Notes under the pieces: generated by a model
The model's database searches: none
Told to the model about the DNA's origin: nothing
Seen by the model: only the letters and a program-made list of their open reading frames with translations
Source: Mobula hypostoma
Lineage: Eukaryota
Reading direction: 5' to 3'
NCBI RefSeq assembly: GCF_963921235.1
Contig: NC_086097.1
Location: forward strand, 71,426,001-71,490,000
DNA: 64,000 nucleotides
In this document: positions 1 to 12,140 of the stretch, piece after piece
How the letters are laid out: each line of letters starts with the position of its first letter
How positions within the stretch are numbered: position 1 is the first letter of the stretch
Translations under genes and position numbers: made by a program

Positions 1-1000
1 TCCAAAGTTGAACAATAGCCCCTTATCTTTAGCTCAAACTCAAACAGGCTGAAAGCAGAACAGACTGCTCTTATAGAACTGCTAAAATTCAACTTCCTGC
101 AGCATAGAAGTAAAAACCTTAACCATGGTGTTGCACTTGTGATTAGATTCTGAATGCAGTGCAGGATCTTGAAATGGGAGTTGATGATTGGTGAGAGAGG
201 GAAAGATGTATTTAATGTGGAAGAGCTATCATTTAGCCTACTTGAGGACCTATTCGAGGTATGTTCCCAATGTTAAATTATTTAGCCTGGGACCTTTGAT
301 TAATGATGGAGTGGGCCTTGCACACTGTGAAGGTTTGCTTCTACATCAGTGAGCCAAACCATGCATGGGCCACAGCAGAATTCTTTTAAATCATGAAAGA
401 GGCATTAAGATGTGAATTGTAGACTAATGGACATTATTACAAGTCAAACACACAAAGTACATGAAGGACTCTTGGTTCAATGCACAAGTTGCAAATTTCC
501 TCCATTAAAATTTTCATTGGAAATCAATTGTGAGGTACATGAACATTGTCCTCTGCAACAGGATTTCTGGGCCAGCTTTATTCATTAAAGAAAACTTTGG
601 TGATCAAATAAAGAACACTGTTGTGATGTTTGAAATGATTGTTTAGCCCAATTACTCCCCTTAGCACTGATTATGGGCAGATAACTACGCATGTGCATTA
701 ATCTGTTCTCTCTCTCTCTCTCTTCAATATGATTACACCAGTTAAAGCCACCTCCGCTTGTGTGTCTTTATTTAATTGATATGTAGTTGTACAGACACAA
801 CAAATTGGCGACAAGTGAAAACCTGAATGTCAGCAAATGTCACCAACTGCACAGACAGTTACAGGACGACAGACTTCGGAGGAAGGGGGAGAGACAGTGA
901 GAGGAAAGAGTGAATCAGTATGGAGAAGACAGTCACTGACACCAACAAAGGGCACATGATTAACTGTATATACACAGTGAAAGATGCAGAACTAGCAAAA

Positions 1001-4000
1001 TTAAAGTGAAAATAACGTGACACTGGCCTTAGTCAGGGAAGTTGACAAATTTGATAGTGCTAATGAAGACCGTGAACAGTATATCAAGAAGGTTGAAATG
1101 TATTGTAATGCAATTGACCTGGATGAGGAAGAGAAAGCCTCCATGCTTCTTCGCTTAATGGGTGCTAAAACGTACAATCTCTTATAAATTAACAACTCCT
1201 GAAAAGTCAACAAACAAGAACTTCGATGGAATTGTTGCAATCTTACAGAACCACTTGAGCCCAAAACTACCAATAATAGCTGAAAGATTTAGACTTCAAA
1301 GAAGGAACCAGAAAAGGAATGAAAGCACTTTTGTATACTCTGCAGTACTGTGCAAACTTTCTCAATACTGTGACTTTAGAGATGGATTTTCTGACGCATT
1401 AAGAGACAGGCTTGTACATGGCATGCCTAGTCAAAGCACTCAAAAGAGGCCACTGTCTTAAAGAGACCTACCCTTGGAAAGGGCATTGACCATTGCATAA
1501 AGTGACTGAATGTGAAATTGAATCAGATAACACAGAGTCTGACAAAAGTGAACTGGCATGCCTAGAACTGTATAGCATTACAAAAGCAGATCACAAAACA
1601 TATGGATCACAACAGATGTGTCTGATGTAAAACTGAAAATAGAGCTGGTTACAGGGTCAGCTTTGTCCATAATTTCATACACAGATGACAACAGACTGTT
1701 TTCTAAGCTGCCCCTTGAAAAGACTTCAGTGATGCTAAAGGCCTACAGAGGTGAGGAAGTTTCTTCCAAAGGCAAACTGAAAGTGAATGTGATGTACAGA
1801 GGCGTACCAACGAGACTGGCACACGATCAAAGCTCTCAATGTGGCATTAATAAGCAACTGCAGCCCAGATGGTAGCACTGATCAGTGACTGTCTCAGCTG
1901 CTTAATACTAATGAGAAGGTTTGAGAAGGGGATTCGTAATCTCAGGGGCATGAAGGCCAGAAATGAACTGGACGAACTGCAACACCAAGATTCCATAAAG
2001 TGCGTCCAGTGCCTTACGCACTACATCCTAAAATGGATCATGAATCTTCACAGCCTGGAGGCATCTGGCATTCTCTCCAAGGTTGACTGGAGCGATTGGG
2101 CCATTGCCATTTGCCCAGTGATCAAGAAAGGAAAAGCTGGAACTTTTTGCATATGCAGGGCTTTCAAAATGAGCATCAACCCTGTGCTGCGTACTGTGCA
2201 GTATCCTCTGCCACAACAGAAGACATTTATGCATCTTTGGCAAGCGGGGACATGTTTTCAAAGATTAGCTTGTCAGCAGTCTATCTGCAAATGGAGACTG
2301 AGGATTCAAGCAGGAAGCTCCTCACAATCATCCCTCACAAAGAACTGTTCCAGAACAATCATCTCATCTTTGGCGTTGCATCAACTCCATCAATTTGGCA
2401 AACAGCCATGGACCAAGTGTTCCAAGATATCCCAGAAACATAACGTTACCTTGATGGCATCATTGTGACTGGCAAGAATAATGAAAAACACCTCCAGGAC
2501 CTTGGTAAAATGCTTAGCGGTGTGACTGAGTATGGTCTGCGCACAAAGAGAGAGTAATGTGAGTTTTTCATCAATGAAACCTCATATTGTGGACATGTCA
2601 TTGACAAGCAGGGCTTACATAAGTCACAGGAGAAGATTGAAGCAGTGCTACAGAAAAATGAGTCACAACTCAGGTCATATTTGAGCCTTGTAAACTATTA
2701 CCACCAGTTTTTCCCAAACATTGCTACAGTGCTGCACCCATTGAATGCACTATTGCAAACAGGAACAAAGTGGGAATGGTCAGAAAGATGTGAAAGAGCA
2801 TTCAAGGAAACAAAGGAAATAAGAGATGAACTGCTCACCTAATAAGATCTATCTCTGCCCATCAGACTGGCGTGAGATGCATCCCCTCATGGCATTGGAA
2901 CTGTTTTGTCACACACTATGAAAGATGGATCTGAATGTCCGATTGGATTTGCTTCAAGATCACTGATGAGCACTGAATGCAACTACGCACAGATCAACTG
3001 AAGAGCCCTTAATCCAATATGGGGAATAAAGGAGTTCCACCAGTACCTCAACAGACAAAAGTTTGCTCTTGTGACAGATCACCAGCTCCTTGTGTCCATT
3101 TTCAATCCCAGGAAGGGAATTCCAGTGATGACTGCTACCCGGTTACAACATTGGACACTATTCCTAGGAGCCCACTCTTATCACATAGAGTTCAAGGGTA
3201 GCAAACAACACAGCAACACTGATGACTTGTCGTCTCTTCCACTATTGGCAACTGAAGAAGAAAAGTCTTCATTCTGTGACCCAGCAGAAGTGTTCCACAC
3301 TGCATTGGTGGACCACTTGCCGGATTGAAAATTTGGTCAAAAGCTGTTCAGGATGGCACAAAGTTCAAAGTGCACGCCCGGAGGCACCTTTACACATGTG
3401 GGAGTGGCCATCATCAATATGGCAAAGAGTGCTTATTGACTTGCTGGGCCACTTATGAACTCCACGTTTCTTTCCTTTATTTTTGCGTGTGCCTGCATGC
3501 GTGCGCATCTGTGCATGAGTGTCTGCGTGTCTGTGGGTGCATCCATGATGTCTTTTTCAAGTCACAGAGAGAGAGAGTGAGAGAGAGAGAGAGAGACTGT
3601 GTGACACGCCACTCCTCACTCAGACATTTTCACAGTATTTCCCCTTTGTTTTACAAGGTCGAGTTGCGATCTCGACACTCAACCTGGCACGGATGGAAAG
3701 CGTACTCGGGGGCGGACCCGACTAGCTTTGAACCCGGGAACCTCTGCTCCGGGGTCCGGCACCAACGTCGTTGCGCCACCAGCTGGCCCAAGAACTCCAT
3801 GTTTCTGATTGCTGTGGATGCGCATTCGAAGTGACAGGAAGTTATACCAATGGAGTTAACCAGCTCTGAAAAGACTTTTTCCGCTCTGAGGACTATCATC
3901 TCCAGAAACAGCATACCTGAGCGTATTGTGAGCAACAATGGACCACAAAATACATCAAAGGAATTCTGACTATTCATGAAAAAAAATGGCATCAAACATT

Positions 4001-4320
4001 TCAAGTCAGCTCCTCACTACACAGCAATAAATGTGTTAGCTGAAATGTTTATCCAAACCTTCAAGAAGTCCTTTAAAGTGATGGACATTTCTCCACATCA
4101 CAACGTAGACAATGTCCTTTTTGTGTATTGGAACTCTGCTCTTGTGATGACAAATCAAACACCGGCAATGCTGTTCATGAGCAGGAATCTGAGATCTCAC
4201 ATGGACCTCCTGAACCAGAACTACAGAGGGAAGTGCAGAATAAACAGTTCAGCCAGTTGCCAAGTGAATTAGCAAGGAGCATCAAGATTGGACAGGAAGT
4301 CCTAGCGCATGATTGCTGAG
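1001..4320 (+). pseudogene. Disrupted Gypsy gag-pol
   Basis: ORFs 1162-1461, 1618-1875, 1869-2468, 2096-2443, 2645-2842, 3071-3328 and 3976-4272 are successive pieces of gag, protease, RT, RNaseH and integrase in different frames. Confidence 0.85.
3472..3791 (-). mobile_element. tRNA-derived SINE inserted in the Gypsy integrase
   Basis: 15-bp TSD GAACTCCA(C/T)GTTTCT at 3457-3471 and 3792-3806. The minus strand begins GGCCAGCTGGTGGCGCAACG (A-box-like) and contains GGGTTCAAAGC (B-box-like). It has an internal (GA)n tract and an A-rich 3' end. Confidence 0.8.
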
Positions 4321-5388
4321 AAGACAAGTGAACACTCAGTAAGACAGCTACAAGAACTGGACCACTGACATACATTGTTTATGTTGGAGATCATACATAG
4401 AGACATCATGTGGACCAGTTCCAGGATGCTCAGTTGAAGAATACACCTGAGTCAACTGCATCCAACAAGATGGACACATTACAGCCACTGGATTTACCTC
4501 TCAGTGATGATTATGTCTCTAACAGCAATGTGACACCTGCAACAGAGAAAGATGTCTTTAACAAGATGCCTACCAAACCTGATACCCCTCCACAGGTCCA
4601 GAGGAGCTACCCTGAAAGAAACAGAACACCACCCAAAAGACTGAATCTTTAGTACCGTGAAGTTAGTTATGGACTGTTATTGTGAAAGCATGCTTATTTG
4701 AATGTGGGTTGTGAAAGGGAAATTGAATGTTTTGTTACATATACAGTTCTATGTTACATTAATCTCAAGGGGGAGGAAGTGTAATGTGAATATACCAGTT
4801 AAAGTCACCTCCGTGTACATGCCTTTATTTAATTGATATGATATGTACAACCGTCACTGTGGCAAAAGGTGGAATGATAATGTTAAAAGGTCATTTTTAG
4901 TAGAACAATTGCAGGGTTTTCAAGCCATTATATTATAATGCAAACCCAAGAAAGATAGCAAAGCAGTAATATTATCATTTCATTCACATGACATCATAAC
5001 TGTGAAGACTAAAAAGTTTGGATTGTTTCTATCTGCCATCTGACCCTACTTCATGGTATTTTCTTTAAATAAATTTTCTTCATAAATTAACCATATTTTG
5101 TCTTCTATTTTGCATCTATCATCAGTTGGCATCACTGTATGTTGCCTTTAAGTTTGCTAATAAATAATTCAGTGTTTATTACCAGCAAATTGTGTGGTTA
5201 GACGTTCAAATATATTTTTTTTAGTGTGAAGTTCAATTAAAATGATGGAAAATTTATGCCACATTAGATATTCAGTCCATTGTGTCTGTGCTGGTTGTAA
5301 ATGTAGCTAACCTAATCCCATCTTCTAACAATAGGTTCCACTGTCCTGCAAGTCACAGTTCTTCAAGTACACATCCCTGTACTTTTAA

Positions 5389-5595
5389 GCAACACACATA
5401 AAAATTGCTGGTGAACGCAGCAGGCCAGGCAGCGTCTATAGGAAGAGGTACAGTTGACGTTTCAGGCCGAGAACCTTCGTCAGGACTAACTGAAAGAAGA
5501 GATAGTATAGATGCTGCCTGGCCTGCTGTGTTCACCAGCAATTTTTATGTGTGTTGCTTGAAATTCCAGCATCTGCAGATTTCCTTGTGTTTGCG
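5389..5595. mobile_element. Non-autonomous fold-back Penelope-like insertion
   Basis: 13-bp TSD CCTGTACTTTTAA at 5376-5388 and 5596-5608, with ~50-bp inverted arms. The sequence matches the 3' terminal repeat of the GIY-YIG-encoding PLEs at 16242 and 23808. Confidence 0.85.
5452..5487 (-). ncRNA. Minimal hammerhead ribozyme motif (stem I mismatch)
   Basis: Minus strand reads AGUC CUGACGA AGG-UUCUCGG-CCU GAAA CGUC AACU. Confidence 0.65.
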
Positions 5596-6064
5596 CCTGT
5601 ACTTTTAAAGTATGCTGATGACTCCACCCTCAATCACTCTATCAGACAGTATTTTCCAGCTACCCACCATTCTCTGGTGAATAAAAAAGATATCCTTGCC
5701 TCCCATTAAATTATTCTACCAATTATTTCATAAATACATTGCCTCGCTTTTGACCCCTCTGCTAAGGAAACAAAGTCATTCCTATTACTTCATCCAGATT
5801 TCCTTTGTACAATGGTACATAATGGTAACTTCAGAATGATACTTCCTCATTGCAACACAACAAATTTGGAGCAAGACCATCAGAATTCTGAACCTTACTG
5901 GTTTGATCCAATTTTTCAGCAGAGAGTGAAAAAACAAAATTTCTGGTAAATGACAAATTGTGATGTACAGTGTTCTTCTTGAATTACAGTTAGTATTCAG
6001 AGCAAAACTCTGTGCCACAATTCATTGTGCTCTTATTAAAGATAACCAATGTAATAAATAACCA

Positions 6065-6301
6065 AACAACAGGAATTTTGTAGATGCTGGAAATTCAAGC
6101 AACACACATCAAAGTTGCTGGTGAATGCAGCAGGCCCGGCAGCATCTCTAGGAAAAGGTACAGTCGACGTTTCAGGCCGAGACCCTTCATCAGGACTTCG
6201 TTAGTCCTGACAAAGGGTCTCGGCCTGAAACGTCGACTGTACCTTTTCCTAGAGATGCTGCCTGGCCTGCTGCGTTCACTAGCAACTTTGATGTATGTTG
6301 C
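6065..6301. mobile_element. Palindromic Penelope-like insertion
   Basis: 15-bp TSD TGTAATAAATAACCA at 6050-6064 and 6302-6316. The ~100-bp inverted arms surround a 5-nt spacer at 6198-6202. Confidence 0.9.
6162..6197 (-). ncRNA. Minimal type-I hammerhead ribozyme
   Basis: AGUC CUGAUGA AGG-GUCUCGG-CCU GAAA CGUC GACU with an intact core. The opposite-arm copy at 6203-6238 (+) has a mutated core (CUGACAA). Confidence 0.8.
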
Positions 6302-6361
6302 TGTAATAAATAACCACAAATTTTTAAAGATCTTAATTGTAAAATAAATTGCATTCATATA

Positions 6362-6915
6362 CACTCTGTGGCCATTTATTAGGTACCACCTATATTTAAT
6401 AAAGAGGCTACTGAGTGTATATTCATGGTCTTCTGCTGCAATAGCTTATCCACCTCACGGTTTGATGTGTTGTGCATTCAGAGATGCTCTTCTGCACATC
6501 ACTGCTATAATGTGTGATTTTCTTTTTGAGTCACTCTCGCCTTCCTGTCAGCTTGAACGAGTCTGGCCATTCTCCTCTGACCTCTCTCATTAGCAAGGCA
6601 TTTTCGTCCATTCACTGGATGTTTGTTTTGTTTTTTGCACCACTCTCTGTAAACTCTAGAGACTGCTGTGCATGAAAATCCCAAGGGATCAGCTGTTTCT
6701 GAGTTACTCAAACCACACCATCTGGCACCAACAATCATTCCACAGACAAAGTCTCACTTAAATCACATTTCTTCCCCATTCTGAAGTTTTGTCAGAACAA
6801 CAAATGAACCTCTTGACCATGTCTGCATGCTTTTATGCATTGATTTGCTGCCACATGATAGGCTGATTAGGTGTTTGCATTAACGAGCAGGTGTACAGGT
6901 GTACCTAAAAGAGTG
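6362..6915 (-). mobile_element. Tc1/mariner-derived non-autonomous element
   Basis: TA-CACTC(T/A)GTGGCCA..TTATTAGGTAC terminus. The minus-strand remnant MIVGARWCGLSNSETADPLGFSCTAVSRVYREW resembles the Tc1 paired-like HTH. The other end is AGGTGTACAGGTGTACCTAA. Confidence 0.8.
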
Positions 6916-7654
6916 AAGTCCAGAAATGAACACAATAGTCCAGGTGTGGCCGACCTAATGTTTTATAAAGTTGCAACATGACACCACTGTTCTGTCATTC
7001 AATGCTATGGCTAATGCAGGGAAACATCCCACATGCTTTCTTCATTAATGTAGCTACCTATGTTATTCCTTCAGGATTCATCGACATACCCTTTTGTTTC
7101 TCTGCTCATCAATGCTCTTTTGCGTGTTAGTATTACTATGTCCTACTCTTATTTGACCTTGGAAACTGTATCATTTTGCTCAATTCCACTTTTCGTTGGC
7201 CTGCCCAGTTTGATAGCAGATTAGTATGATGGTGTGACCAAGGAAAGCATCCACTCTGTCACAAATTTTTTTGTATCATGTGGAACTTACTAATTGTACC
7301 TCTTGCATTCTCATCCATGCTATTAATTCATAATCACAAAAATAAAGAGTTATACTGCACAGAAATTAGCCCTCAGCCCAACTCATCCATGCCAACTGTG
7401 TTGTCCCATGAGCTAGTCCCATTTGTCTCTGATCAATAACCTATGTCCTTGTGTTTTCAACACTCTCTTGCTGTGTAAAACACAGTGTAGTTTCAGCCTG
7501 TCTATGTCCCACAAGATCTTTTATACCTCTATCATATCGCCCCTCAATCTCCTACATTCCAGGGAATAAAGTCCCTTTCCTTCTCATTCAGGCCGCTAAG
7601 TCTAGGCAACATCCTGGTAAATATTTTCTGCATTGTATCCAGTTTATTAACTGC

Positions 7655-8780
7655 CTTACGAGCCTGTAACAAAATACATTGATGAAGGTAGAGCAGTGGA
7701 TGTAGTGTATATGGATTTCAATAAGGTATTTGATAAGGATCCCCATGCAAGGCTCCTTCAGAAATTAAGGAGGTATGGGATCCAAGGAGACTTTGTTTTG
7801 TGGATCCAGAATTGGCTTGCCCACAGAAGGCAAAGTGTAGTTGTAGAGGGTTTGTATTCTGCATGGAGGTCAGTGACCAGTGGTGTTCCTAAGGATCTAT
7901 TACGGGACCCATCCTCTTTGTAATTTTTATAAGTGACCTGGATGAAGAAGCAGAAGGGTGGGCTAGTAAGTTTGCTGTTGACACAACGGTTGGGGGTGTT
8001 GTGGATAGTCTGGAGGGTTGCCAGTGGAACATCAATAGGATGCAGAACTGGGCTGGGCAGATGGTGTTCAACCCAGATTAGTGTGAAGTAGTTCATTTTG
8101 CTAGGTCAAATTTGAAGGCAGAATATAGTATTAATGGTAAGACTCTTGGCAGTGTGGAGGATCAGAGAGATCTTGTGGTCCATGTCCATAAGGACACTCA
8201 AAGCTGCTGCACAGGTTGACAGTGTTGTTACGAAGGCGTATGGTGTGTTGGCTTTCATCAGCTGTGGGATTGTTCAAAAGCCCTAAGGTAATGTTACAGC
8301 TATATAAGACCTTAGTTAGACCCCGCTTGGAGTACTGTGTTCATTTCTGATCACCTCACTACAGGAAGGATGTGGATACAGTAGAAAGGGTGCAGATGGG
8401 ATATCGAAAGATGTTGCCTGGGTTGGAGAATGTGACTTATGAGAATAGGTTGAGTGAACTTGGCCTTTTCTCCTTGGGGCAACAGAGGATGAGAGGTGAC
8501 CTGATAGAGGTGCACAAGAGAGGCATTGATCGTATGGATAGCCAGAGGCTTTTTCCCAGTAGTTGAAGTGGCTAACACGAGGGGATATAGTTTTAAGGTG
8601 CTTGGAAGTAGGTACAAGGGGGATGTTGGGGTAAGTTTTTCACACAGAGAGTGGTGGATGTGTGGAATGCACTGCCAGCGGTGGTGGTAGAAGCGTTTAC
8701 AATAGGGTCTTCTAAGAGACTTTTAGATAGATACATGAAGCTTAGAAAAATAGAGGCTATGCAGTAGGGTAACTCTAGGC
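7655..8780 (+). mobile_element. CR1 LINE 3' fragment (RT C-terminal half), inside older minus-strand CR1 remnants
   Basis: DVVYMDFNKVFDKDPH, VTSGVP, LEYCV and LGLFSLGQQRMRGDLIEV motifs. Confidence 0.85.
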
Positions 8781-9404
8781 AGTCTCATCCGCACTGTCCT
8801 CACTAATATACGTTGACTCTACAAAACAATTAGTGAGACAGGATTGCACTCACAGAAAGCCATGATGTCTATCAATAATGTTTTATGAAGTGTAAATAAA
8901 GCTTACCCCTTGAAAGGTTTCTTGTGTAAAACATTTTCTAAGATAAATCTCACTGGCTGCGAGTTATCTATCTTATAAACCAACAATCCATCTTGAATAA
9001 AGGAACCAAATTTGCTACCCTCTAGTCATCTAGTATCTCACGTGTGGGTAATGAAGATGCAAAATCTGAATCAGCAGAAAAGATCATGGAAAATCCCACA
9101 TTTAGAATTGACTGAATCTTTTTGCTGATTTCATTGATTTTGCATTCATTGTACTGATATTACAAATGTAAAGATGGACAATCATTACCTCAGTAACTTC
9201 AATCTCAGAAAACAATCTGTGGCACGCCATATCGGAAGGAAATGTAACTTTATTTAACTGATTTTGGACATTGCTCACAAGGACTAATTTACTGCCTAGC
9301 CCCAGCTACTCTTAATCAACTGCCTTCTCAAATTGCCACAGTTCCTCATGTGTAAAATTTCAGTGAATTTGAGTTTAGACCCAGGGTGAATAAATGACAA
9401 TATA

Positions 9405-9830
9405 CACTCAGTGACTACGTTATTAGGTACACCTGTACACCTTCTTGTTAATAGAAATATCTAATCAGCCAATCAGATAGCAACAACTCAATTACGTGTA
9501 GGCATTGTCACGTGGTTCCGTTGTTGTTCAGATCAAACATTAGAATGTGGTAGAAATGTGATCTAAGTGACTTTGACTGTGGAATGATTGTTGGTGCCTG
9601 ACGGCGGTTTGAGTATCTTAGAAACTGCTGATCTCTGGGATTTTCCTGCATAATAATCTCAAATGTTTACAGGGAGTGGTGCAAAAAACAAGAAACAAAA
9701 GAATGCAGTGAGCAGCAGTTCTGTGGGTGAAAATATCTTGTCAATGAGAGAGGTCAGAGGAGAATGGCAAGATTAGTTCAAGCTGTCAGGAAGGCAACAG
9801 TAACTAAAATAACTACGCATTACAACAATA
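9405..9830 (+). mobile_element. Second Tc1-derived copy, truncated and inverted relative to 6362-6915
   Basis: TA-CACTCAGTGACTACGTTATTAGGTACACCTGTACACC terminus. The body is reverse-complement similar to ~6530-6910. Confidence 0.8.
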
Positions 9831-9839
9831 ATGCCTTTC

Positions 9840-12140
9840 AAGATTGGGAGCAAGAGAAGAGATCGGAACTCATTAACAAGGCCAATTGAAAATAAGACAG
9901 GCAAGCGGAGCGGCCTTTGTTGGAATGGACAGTGTTAGAATGGGGTTTTGAAGCATTAGCTCTTCAAGGATTCAGTGAAGAGAGGCTTGAGTGAGAGAAG
10001 GTGAAAAGCTGTACATAGACCTTTTTTCAGTTTATTTATTGTTTCCTTCTTTATAATTGTGCAGTTAGAGCAGTAGGATTGCCAGGCAGGATAGTTGAAT
10101 GCTTCTCTTGCAGGATGTGGGAAGACAAGGAGAACTCCAGTGACCCTGACGTCTACATCTGCAAGACATGCATCCAGCTGCAGCTTTTAACACTCTGCAT
10201 TAAGGAGTTGGAACTGGAACTGAATGAACTCTGGATAATTTGGGATGCTGAGGCTGTGATAGACAGAACATGTAGAGAAGTAGTTACACCCAAGGTGCAG
10301 GACACAGGAAACTGGGTGACAGTCAGGAGAGTGAAAAGAGTTATACAGCCAGTGCAGAGTATCCCTGAGGCCATTCCCATCAACAACAAGTATCTCACCT
10401 TGGATACTGTTGGGGGGTACGACTTAGCAGAGTGAAGTCCCAGCGGTCAAGTATAGAGTCTGGCATGAGTCTGGCTCTATGGTTCAGTAGGGAAGGGGGA
10501 GAGGAGGTGAGCTGTGGTGATAGGGGATTCATTAGTTAGAGGTTCCGTGGACAAGAACAAAATTCCTGGATGATATGTTGCCTCCCGGATGCCAGGGATG
10601 GGAATATCTTGAATTAAGTCGTCAGTATTCTTGATTGGGAGGGAAAGCAGTCAGAGGTAATGGTCCATATAGGTTCCAATGACAAGCAGGGAGAGGGGTG
10701 AAGTTCTACAAAGTGAGTTCATGGAGTTAGGTGCTAAGTTAAAGGACAGGACTTCCAGGGTTTTGATCTCAGGATTGTTACCCATGCGTTATGCTGGTGG
10801 GGCCAGAAATAGGAAGATCATATAGTTTAACACATGGCTAAGGAGTTAATGAGGAAAAGGGCTTCAGATTTTTGGATCATTGGTCTCTCTCCAGGGAAGT
10901 AGGGACTAGTATCCCAGCGGGACTACATGGGGGGGAGCGTGGGGTTAAACTAGGATTGCAGGGGAATGGGAACCAGAATGCCAGAACAGATAGTAGAATG
11001 TTTGTGGAAACAAATGTTGTTAGGACCTCAGACAGTAAAGTAAAAGGTTGAGCATGGCGGGACTAATGTTTTCAGTTGTGTGTATTTCAATGTAAAATGT
11101 ATTTTAGGAAGGGTAAGTGAGTTTGACATGGTCAACACGTGAAATTATGATACTGCAGCTTTTAGTGAAACTTGGTTGCAGGAGGGGCTAGACTGGCAGC
11201 TCAATATTCACGTTTTAGATGAGATAGAACAGGAGGGATGAAAGTGGAGTGGTGGTGTTACTAGTCAGGAAAAATGCCACAGCAGTGCTCAGTCAGGACA
11301 GGCTGGAGAACTCACCTAGTGAGGCTTTATGGGTGGAACTGAGGAATAAAAAATGTTTGTTTACATTAATGGGGTTATATCATAGACCACCCAACAGCCC
11401 ACAGGATTTAGAGGAACAAATTAATACAGAGCTCACAGACTGTTGCAAGAAACATAAGGTTGTAATAGTGGCTGATTTTAACTTTCCACAAATTGACTTG
11501 AACTCCCAAACTTTAAAAGGACCAAATTGGATAGAATTTGTCAAATATATTTAAGAAAGTTTCCTTAACCCTTACATACTGTTCGGGTCAAATTTGACCT
11601 GTTTTGACATTTGACAGCAGTAAAAAGACCCTAAACGCCATTTTTTAAGCTGAAATTTGATGATTTTTCCTAAAGTGACGCAAAATGTGCAAAAATGAAA
11701 ATATTTAAAAATGTTATACTTTTGTACAGGTGCTACAAATTTTTGTACATTGGGGCTGTTCCAGGTCAAATTTGACCTGTATCTATTGAAATGGATTTTA
11801 GATCTCTGAAACATTAATTAAGGATTAATCACCCATTTATTAATGTCAGATAGACTATTTATACATTCTAAATAGATCTGTGGTTCAAAATTTGGTATAG
11901 ACACTTGTTATGAGGGGATTCTTGGGCCAGGTCAAAATTGACCTGGACCATACTGTGAAGGTATAGAATATGAACAGGTTGCCTGGGTTAATCAGTACAT
12001 AGAAGTCTTAATGAGTGTGCAATACTTGATCTGCTATTAGGGAATGAGACAAAGCAGGTGACAGAAGTTTGTGTAGGGGGACACTTTGCATCTAGTGATC
12101 ATAGTACCTTTTGTTTTAAGGTAATTATAGAAAATGATAC
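9840..12140 (+). mobile_element. CR1 LINE 5' portion: ORF1 (Zn-finger/leucine zipper plus SGNH esterase) and ORF2 endonuclease, decayed
   Basis: ORF 10079-10435 has CFSCRMWE..CKTCIQLQLL..IKELELEL. AVVIGDSLVRG at ~10511 and VHIGSND at ~10660. APE motifs LWVELRN, YHRPPNS and ADFNFP lie in 11249-11554. Confidence 0.85.
11569..11987. mobile_element. piggyBac-like MITE inserted in CR1
   Basis: TTAA duplicated at 11565-11568 and 11988-11991. Termini are CCC...CTGTTC and GAACAG...GGG. Removing it restores the CR1 reading ESFLNQY. Three internal GGTCAAATTTGACC palindromes. Confidence 0.8.

Larger units (their letters stand above)
619..4850 (+). mobile_element. Decayed Ty3/Gypsy LTR retrotransposon
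   Basis: 5' LTR 619-802 (TGTTGTG...CACAACA) and PBS-like TGGCGAC at 806. Gag-like (PIIAERFRLQRRNQ, LRDRLVHG), RT/RNaseH (QLRSYLSLVNYYHQF, TDHQLL) and integrase (FLIAVDAHSK, KSAPHY) fragments are broken by stops and frameshifts. PPT AAGGGGGAGGAAG at 4767-4779 precedes an internally deleted 3' LTR at 4780-~4850 that shares ACCAGTTAAAG-CACCTCCG and CTTTATTTAATTGATATG with the 5' LTR. Confidence 0.9.

Noticed and set aside
5353..6364. Recurrent small ORFs (MLVNAAGQAASIGRG..., SPDEGSRPETST...) as a protein family
   Set aside because: They are chance translations of the non-coding PLE repeat and hammerhead, and they appear on both strands because of the palindromes.
9189..9257. Possible phase-0 exon (LNKVTFPSDMACHRLFSEIEVTE)
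   Set aside because: The donor is good, but the acceptor lacks a pyrimidine tract and abuts an old repeat. Support is insufficient.
11762..11779. Estrogen response element
   Set aside because: The half-sites are spaced by 4 nt rather than the canonical 3, and they lie within a MITE.
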